From the IMG/VR virus record IMGVR_UViG_3300025133_000029, positions 97,003-161,002 of that record: a stretch of DNA of 64,000 bases. One strand, given 5' to 3'. The stretch comes from a virus. Position 1 is the first letter of the stretch; every line of letters begins with the position of its first letter. The translations under genes and the position numbers were made by a program. The notes under the pieces are model-generated. The model worked only from the letters and a program-made list of their open reading frames with translations. It made no database searches and had not been told where the DNA came from. Shown here piece by piece: positions 58,770 to 64,000 of this stretch.

Positions 58770-58934
58770 TGTGTTTATCCTCGTTATAGGGTTCAAACTT
58801 ATAAGAACCTAGAGCATTTACCTAAAAAGCCCCTTGTTATAACAACAAAGGGCTTAGTAAATGCTCTAGTTTTTTATACCTATAAATCTTTAGAGTCTAA
58901 AGATCCCCCTCACCCCCCTAAGCCTAGCCCTATC

Positions 58935-59306
58935 TTAGTTATCAGTCGCCCGATATCGTCTGATCCGGGGAGCGTATTTTTGATGAAAGTCCTCATACGT
59001 GTTATGCAGGGGAAAGGTGTGGGTCAAAACGGTTACGGCGGTGTAGCAGTGGTCACCAAGATCGTCGATCGTGACCGTGAGGGTCAGTTCCCCGACAAGC
59101 ATGAAACAGGTCGTTTGACCGTGGCCGCATAGCCACTCACACTTATCGGGGTCGGCCTCAAACTCAACATCTTCAACCGTCACCTTAGCGTTGCCTATGT
59201 TGTTATTGAGTTCCTCATCAATCCCCCAACCCTCGACGTCATGGGGGCTGGCGGCAGTGATCGCCGCCGCGATTTCTTCCGCCGTAGCGGGTTTGTTAAA
59301 CATCAT
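58935..59306 (-). CDS. hypothetical acidic protein
   Basis: Motif at 59355 plus SD AAGGAG. Confidence 0.72.
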   Translation of the reverse strand: MMFNKPATAEEIAAAITAASPHDVEGWGIDEELNNNIGNAKVTVEDVEFEADPDKCEWLCGHGQTTCFMLVGELTLTVTIDDLGDHCYTAVTVLTHTFPLHNTYEDFHQKYAPRIRRYRATDN

Positions 59307-59394
59307 CTTGTTAGCTCCTTATAGCTATAGGGTTCAAACTTATAAAAACCTAGAGCATTTACCTATCAAGACCCTTAAAGGGGTTAGCCCCGGC

Positions 59395-59625
59395 TAGCCT
59401 TATTTGTTCCACTTGGGGCGCTGGTTCAGCGCTAAGGCTAGGCGCGGGGCCTGTTTACGGCGTCGGGTTCATGCCTAGCGGGGTGAAAATACTTTCAACT
59501 AGGGCCGTCTTAGATCGGGATATCCCCCCCGATCAACCGCTCACTTGAGCGCTAAGGTTATCACGGGTAAGGGATGCTTTGATTGCCCTTTTGGGTGACC
59601 CGTGAGCCGTTAGCTCAACGTCGTT
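59395..59625 (-). ncRNA. candidate structured RNA downstream of promoter motif 59646
   Basis: No credible ORF; stems TTGAGC/GCTCAA, TCACGGGT/ACCCGTGA, GATCGGG/CCCGATC, GCGCTG/CAGCGC. Confidence 0.5.
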
Positions 59626-59673
59626 CACCTATATAATAAAACAAAGCATTTACATGAACACGCTATAAACAAC

Positions 59674-59692
59674 AAAAGCCCCGTTAGGGGCT
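59674..59692 (-). terminator. repeated cassette terminator AGCCCC(TAAC/GCTA-type loop)GGGGCTTTT
   Basis: Near-identical hairpins also at about 60463, 61625, 61866, 62527, 63953. Confidence 0.8.
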
Positions 59693-59710
59693 AGCTAGAC
59701 TTAGTGGGGG

Positions 59711-60193
59711 CTAGTGTTTGAACACCCATCGCATCAGTTGACGGATCGGGTTATTATAGGCGAGTCCCCACCCGGCGATCTTAGATCGTGTGAGGTTGAA
59801 GGGGTGATTATAGCCAGCCAGGATCTCCCCTGCCGCCCCGGCGCTGAGAGAGATCATAGCTATGTTGTCGGGGTTGTCCGGATCGCGGAAAGGGTTGTCT
59901 TCACGGGGGATCATATAGGTCGACATAGACCTGATCCTTAGCGCGACAGTGTGAATAGTCGGAAGCTTGAGACAGGGGTGCTCACGTAATAACTCCGCAG
60001 TGTCATCAACCTTTTTATATTCACGAAGATCAAGGATCAGGTCATAGTGACCGAGTTCCCAAAACTTCTTAGGGTCGGGCTGATTGATCACAATCACGCC
60101 CCCCCCGTTCAAAAATAAGATCGGGTCTTGTCTTAGTTTTGAGATGAGAATCGGGTCATCAGGGATCACCTTTACCTCAATTTTCTTTTTCAT
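59711..60193 (-). CDS. hypothetical protein
   Basis: Motif at 60255 plus SD AGGAG. Confidence 0.72.
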   Translation of the reverse strand: MKKKIEVKVIPDDPILISKLRQDPILFLNGGGVIVINQPDPKKFWELGHYDLILDLREYKKVDDTAELLREHPCLKLPTIHTVALRIRSMSTYMIPREDNPFRDPDNPDNIAMISLSAGAAGEILAGYNHPFNLTRSKIAGWGLAYNNPIRQLMRWVFKH

Positions 60194-60499
60194 TTTGTTA
60201 GCTCCTAGCTAATAAAGGGTATATAGGGGATCACTCAACCTATAACAACCCAGAGCATTTACCCTGCTAGGGTTAGCGGGGGTTAGCTAGGGTTAGCGGG
60301 GGCTAGCGGGGGTTAGCTAGGGTTAGTGGGGGCTAGTGGGGGCTAGTGGGGGCTAGCGGGGGTTAGCGGGGGCTAGCGGGGGCTAGCGGGGGCTAGCGGG
60401 GGTTAGCGGGGGCTAGCGGGGGTTAGGTAAATGCTTTGTTTTGTTGCACTAGCTCGAACAACAAAAGCCCCTAACGGGGCTAGTTAGGGCGCGGGGGGT

Positions 60500-60907
60500 C
60501 TACTTGATCCAGATCGCCGCGTCAACCGTCAGGGCGTAGGCGGTCATAGCGATCAGGCCGATGACCGCGCCGATCATGAGAAGTTTGAGTGTTTTTTTGA
60601 GCGTGATCGGGCGCTCAGGCTTAGGGGCCTCAAGGCCGCGTAGGTCAACGAGCGTGGGCATTTGCCCGAACAATCCTTCTTCGTGAAGGGGCTTAGGGGG
60701 GGCTTGTTGAGGGGTCGCGGTGTCAATCTTAAGCCAACCCTTGGGCACACGCGGCTCGTGTGTCGAGGGCGCGGGGTAGCTCAGGGGGGGGGTGATCGCG
60801 GGGTGTTCGGGGTAGTTGAGCGCGGGGGGGGCCGTTTTCACGGTGTCATTAGGGGTGTCGGTAATAACGCGGGTGAAGGGGCTTTTGTAGGCTGCGGTCA
60901 TGTTCAT
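60500..60907 (-). CDS. Pro-rich protein with a C-terminal membrane anchor
   Basis: LLMIGAVIGLIAMTAYAL; motif at 60989. Confidence 0.7.
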   Translation of the reverse strand: MNMTAAYKSPFTRVITDTPNDTVKTAPPALNYPEHPAITPPLSYPAPSTHEPRVPKGWLKIDTATPQQAPPKPLHEEGLFGQMPTLVDLRGLEAPKPERPITLKKTLKLLMIGAVIGLIAMTAYALTVDAAIWIK

Positions 60908-61039
60908 TTTTCTTTCCTATAGCTAGGGGGGCGACCGGGTTGTTGATCCCGGTCAGGGTGTTTTGTGCTCAACCTATAACAACCCAACGCATTTACCTAA
61001 ACCCCTATAAATAGGTAAATACTCTAGTCTTTTGTAGGG

Positions 61040-61237
61040 GTGAGCTAACAAGTGTTCGGGCCTCGCCCCTTGTTAGCCTAAGCCCCGGCTAGGGGTCACG
61101 GATCTAACACCGCGACCTGACCCTATAGCCCAGGCTAACGCCCCGTTAGGGGGCCAACGGTTAGGGATCTATGATCGCGGCCTAACCCTAAGCCCCCTAA
61201 CAAAAAGGGCACCTAAGCGGCTATAAGCCCCTTTTTT
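61040..61237 (+). ncRNA. candidate structured RNA downstream of promoter motif 61015
   Basis: No ORF; stems GCTAACAAG/CTTGTTAGC, GGGTCA/TGACCC, TTAGGGGGC/GCCCCCTAA enclosing GGTTAGG/CCTAACC; ends AAAAAGGG..CCCTTTTTT. Confidence 0.48.
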
Positions 61238-61340
61238 GACAATGTTTTGGGCTTTTTATAGGCGCTTAGGTTTATCCTGGCTTAGGTAAATACTCTAGGT
61301 TTTTATAAGTTTGAACCCTATAACTATAAGGACAAAAAAA

Positions 61341-61541
61341 ATGTTCAAAGGCTTTAAAATGATCGCCGCCCTCGCCGCTAACGCCGCTAACATCCGGATC
61401 GCCGCCCTGGAGGCCAAAATTGAGTGGCTTTTCGACAACTTTGAAGGTTGTGACTGGTGTGACGAATGTGGCGGGGGTGACCGCTTATTAGCGGCCTATG
61501 AGGCGGAGATCGCCGCCCTTGAGGCTAGCTTAGGTCGCTAA
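61341..61541 (+). CDS. small helical protein with CDWCDECG
   Basis: Motif at 61286(+) plus SD AAGGA. Confidence 0.7.
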   Translation: MFKGFKMIAALAANAANIRIAALEAKIEWLFDNFEGCDWCDECGGGDRLLAAYEAEIAALEASLGR

Positions 61542-61660
61542 CACAAAAAGGGGGGGGCGGGGGATTTTTTTGACTTTAAAGGTTCTTATATAACAAAGCA
61601 GAGCATTTACCTTAGTCCAACAACAAAGCCCCGTTAGGGGCTAGCTAGGGTTAGCGGGGG

Positions 61661-61780
61661 TTATTTTTTGTTAGGGGTGGGGGCGTTTTTTGAACGCCAC
61701 ATCACCCATGATTTTTTAGTGCATGCGCAGTTGTGAATAAACCAAATTTCGTAATTGTAATTTTTGTTAGAATCTTTCAT
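61661..61780 (-). CDS. 39-aa peptide (not in the ORF track)
   Basis: Motif at 61838, SD AAGGA, MKDSNKNYNYEIWFIHNCAC... Confidence 0.55.
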   Translation of the reverse strand: MKDSNKNYNYEIWFIHNCACTKKSWVMWRSKNAPTPNKK

Positions 61781-61898
61781 TTTGTTCCTTATCTAATAAA
61801 GGGTCATAGGGGATCACTCAACCTATAACAACCCAGAGTATTTACCCCTAGCCGCTATAAACGAGAAAAGCCCCGCTAGGGGCTAGCTAGGGTGTGAC

Positions 61899-62195
61899 CT
61901 AACCGCGCGGGTCTTCATAGTCAAGCCCTAGCGCGGCGGCGAGGTCCGGGCTAAGATCCCAAGCGCTAGCGATCTGCCACCGGATCGGGTAGATCGCTTC
62001 ACCGGGGTGATCGGTGTGTTGACGGGTGAGGGGGTGCGTGTTATAAACGCGGCTATCCGCGTCAATAACAAGAGTGTTACCCTTGAAGGTGACCCCCTTG
62101 AGGGCTTCAGCGGCAGGGATAGCCCCCTCGCTGTAACCCTCAATCGCGGGGCGCGGGTCAGTGAATCGGCGGCTAGTGAAGTTAGGCTTAGTCAT
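61899..62195 (-). CDS. hypothetical protein
   Basis: Motif at 62251 plus SD AAGGAG. Confidence 0.72.
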   Translation of the reverse strand: MTKPNFTSRRFTDPRPAIEGYSEGAIPAAEALKGVTFKGNTLVIDADSRVYNTHPLTRQHTDHPGEAIYPIRWQIASAWDLSPDLAAALGLDYEDPRG

Positions 62196-62563
62196 GTTAG
62201 CTCCTTAGCTAATAATAAATAGGGGATCACTCAACCTATAACAACCCAGAGCATTTACCCGTTAGGGTTAGCTAGGGCTAGCTAGGGCTAGCGGGGGCTA
62301 GCGGGGGCTAGCGGGGGCTAGCGGGGGCTAGCGGGGGCTAGCTAGGGTTGTTAGGGTTGTTAGCTAGGGTTGTTAGGGTTGTTAGGGTTGTTAGGGTTGT
62401 TAGCTAGGGCTAGCTAGGGTTGTTAGCTAGGGCTAGGGTTGTTAGCTAGGGTTAGCTAGGGTTAGCTAGTACAACAAAAGGTTTATAACAAAGCAGAGCA
62501 TTTACCCCTAAGCCGCTATAAACGAGAAAAGCCCCGCTAGGGGCTAGCTAGGGGCGCGGGGGG

Positions 62564-63013
62564 CTAGCTAAGGGTCAGATTAGCTTTGATCTCAACCCGG
62601 CGGTTTTCAAGATCGCCGTATGTCAGGGGGATCACACCGTTAGCGAACACTTGATCGCGCTTGAGGGGGGGGTGGCTAGGGTCACACCGCTTGATCCAAC
62701 TGTTAGCTTGTTGAAGGGTCAAGGGGCGGCACTCAAGCGCGGTGCCCTCACCGATCTCAAGATCTTCACCCCAGCGATCGGGGTTAGCCGATCGGTCTAA
62801 CACACCGTGATTGATCACGCCGCGCCGGTGGCTAAGCGTAAGGATAAGATCATAATCACCGACAACCGTCGATCCGTTATATTCTTGATTAGGATCAACC
62901 GGGGCGGCAACGCTAAGCGTCATAGTTTGAGGGTTGAAAATGATCGGGCTAACGTTATTGATGTCGGGGATTTTTTGATCTAACATTTTCTTTCGGCGAT
63001 CGGTTTGACTCAT
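62564..63013 (-). CDS. paralogue of the gene ending at 57478
   Basis: See 57478; motif at 63073 plus SD AAGGAG. Confidence 0.8.
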   Translation of the reverse strand: MSQTDRRKKMLDQKIPDINNVSPIIFNPQTMTLSVAAPVDPNQEYNGSTVVGDYDLILTLSHRRGVINHGVLDRSANPDRWGEDLEIGEGTALECRPLTLQQANSWIKRCDPSHPPLKRDQVFANGVIPLTYGDLENRRVEIKANLTLS

Positions 63014-63130
63014 GTTTGTTAGCTCCTTAGCTAATAATAAATAGGGGATCACTCAACCTATAACGGATCAAAGCATTTACCTGTTAGGGCTAGGGGCCAA
63101 CTAGCCCCGCCTAACTAGCCAACGTTGATC

Positions 63131-63310
63131 TCACGGCTGAACTTGTACCAATACCGCGGCCCCCAAGCTAATAATGCCCCAGGCCCTCATCATTTTTCGA
63201 GAGGCGGATTTCCTAAGAAAAGCGGGGGGGAGGGTCAATTGGCCCTTGTGGCCCCCCCGCGTGAAGCTTTTGTTAGGGGTGATCATTTCAGTTTTGACAA
63301 AAAATTTCAT
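63131..63310 (-). CDS. 59-aa basic peptide (not in the ORF track)
   Basis: Motif at 63370, SD AGGAG, MKFFVKTEMITPNK... Confidence 0.58.
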   Translation of the reverse strand: MKFFVKTEMITPNKSFTRGGHKGQLTLPPAFLRKSASRKMMRAWGIISLGAAVLVQVQP

Positions 63311-63427
63311 TTGTTAGCTCCTAGCTAATAAAAGGGTATAGGGGATCACTCAACCTATAACGGATCAAAGCATTTACCTTAGCTTGATCAATAACAAAAA
63401 CCCCGCCTAAGCGAGGCGCGGCGGGGA

Positions 63428-63709
63428 TTAGCGGCGGCTATAGCGGATCAAATCATAGCCCCAAATCTGCCGGATCTTAGACCCGCTTTTAACAACGCGG
63501 CTAAGGGTTAAGCCGAGATTATAGGCGCTAACAAAACGCGGGGGGGCGGCGCTCATAAGCGGCCACAAGGACAGGCGGCTATCATAATAAAAGCCCTTGG
63601 CGGGGTCGTCCTTAGAGATCCGGTCAAAGGCATAGCGGGGGGAGATCCGGTCAAAAATGATAGGATAGTTGATAGCGGCTTGTTTGTGTTGTTTTTGTTG
63701 TTTAAACAT
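63428..63709 (-). CDS. small basic protein
   Basis: Motif at 63761 plus SD AAGGAG. Confidence 0.65.
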   Translation of the reverse strand: MFKQQKQHKQAAINYPIIFDRISPRYAFDRISKDDPAKGFYYDSRLSLWPLMSAAPPRFVSAYNLGLTLSRVVKSGSKIRQIWGYDLIRYSRR

Positions 63710-64000
63710 TGCTAGCTCCTTATAGGGTATAGGGGATCACTCAACCTATAACGGATCAAAGCATTTACCCGCTAGGGTTAGCGGGGGCTAGCGGGGGCTA
63801 GCTAGGGTTAGCTAGGGTTAGCGGGGGCTAGCGGGGGCTAGCTAGGGTTAGCGGGGGCTAGCTAGGGTTAGCGGGGGCTAGCTAGGGCTAGCTAGTACAA
63901 CAAAAGGTTTATAACAAAGCAGAGCATTTACCCCTAAGCCGCTATAAACGAGAAAAGCCCCGCCAGGGGCTAGCTAGGGGCGCGGGGGGCTAGCTAATAA

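Larger units (their letters stand above)
449..58904. repeat. dispersed 19-bp palindrome ATCTTTAGA(G/C)TCTAAAGAT, about 26 copies
   Basis: Starts at 449(var), 5294, 5351, 8083(degenerate), 8127(var), 11283, 15764(var), 18846, 23201, 26944, 28508(var), 31475, 33540, 34718, 35553(var), 37026, 39769, 41200, 45151, 45258, 49888, 51875, 53610, 55215, 58438, 58886. Confidence 0.95.
58291..63895. repeat. G-rich short tandem repeat tracts
   Basis: (GCTTAG6-7)n 58291-58345; GGGGG(C/T)TAGC-type arrays 60266-60426, 62260-62470, 63770-63895. Confidence 0.9.
15298..63931. promoter_or_regulatory. dispersed promoter-like motif GTAAAT(G/A)CT(C/T)TG-T-rich-TATA, about 47 copies, mostly minus strand
   Basis: Core 8-mer on minus at 15298, 20271, 23176(var), 34462, 36815, 39751, 41140, 42498, 44286, 45136, 46592, 47376, 49144, 49860, 50576, 51133, 51847, 52852, 53595, 54239, 54640, 55200, 55609, 56063, 56540, 56839, 57415, 57881, 58814, 59355, 59646, 60255, 60989, 61603, 61838(var), 62251, 62498, 63073, 63370, 63761, 63924; on plus at 58075, 58409, 58857, 60427, 61015(var), 61286(var). 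Usually 35-115 nt upstream of an SD+ATG on the same strand. Confidence 0.88.

Noticed and set aside
449-58904. CRISPR array made of the palindrome or other repeats
   Set aside because: Copies are mostly kilobases apart, there is no repeat-spacer periodicity, and no cas genes are seen.
62340-62470. Eukaryotic telomere (TTAGGG) repeats
   Set aside because: The units are 9-10 bp variants, internal, and interleaved with phage cassettes.
36800-64000. Integron with attC sites
   Set aside because: GTTAG and CTAAC words are common, but no consistent RYYYAAC...GTTRRRY element follows the ORFs, cassettes carry their own promoters, and no tyrosine recombinase is in the window.
1-64000. tRNA/rRNA genes and stop-codon reassignment
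   Set aside because: No canonical cloverleaf or rRNA seen by eye (tRNAscan not run); recognisable genes are intact under code 11 and end in TAA, TAG or TGA.
57900-64000. Borg-like archaeal element because of the tandem repeats
   Set aside because: Bacterial SD sites, intrinsic terminators, ComM/RadC and an SPO1-type head module point to a bacteriophage.

Overview
64 kb of a large tailed dsDNA phage genome; standard genetic code, AGGAG-type SD sites, host not identifiable. Left (1-9.8 kb, + strand): head module with a 1647-aa putative internal head protein, Com-like Zn ribbon, prohead protease, scaffold and an SPO1/phage K (Herelleviridae)-type major capsid protein. Middle (10-35 kb): mostly minus-strand accessory genes, including an RlaP-like nucleotidyltransferase, an InPase-domain protein, Ig-like structural candidates and paralogue families. 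At 35.55-35.93 kb an iteron-like repeat cluster coincides with a very sharp C/A-to-G/T strand-skew flip (candidate origin). Right (36-64 kb): about 40 expression cassettes of one or a few genes, each headed by a non-canonical GTAAATGCT-N9-TATA-type promoter-like motif (about 47 copies by eye in the window) and often closed by a terminator. Cargo includes a ComM-like ATPase, Dda/RecD2-like helicase, RadC, SWIM, SprT-like and ParB-like proteins, many small proteins, several ORF-less structured-RNA candidates, minigenes and G-rich tandem repeats. A 19-bp palindrome ATCTTTAGA(G/C)TCTAAAGAT recurs about 26 times across the window, and a covarying (TA)n hairpin occurs three times beside it. Leading speculative model: a virion-packaged, protease-matured sigma-like factor in the 1647-aa protein drives the cassette regulon. 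All family assignments and counts are by eye; no searches were run.
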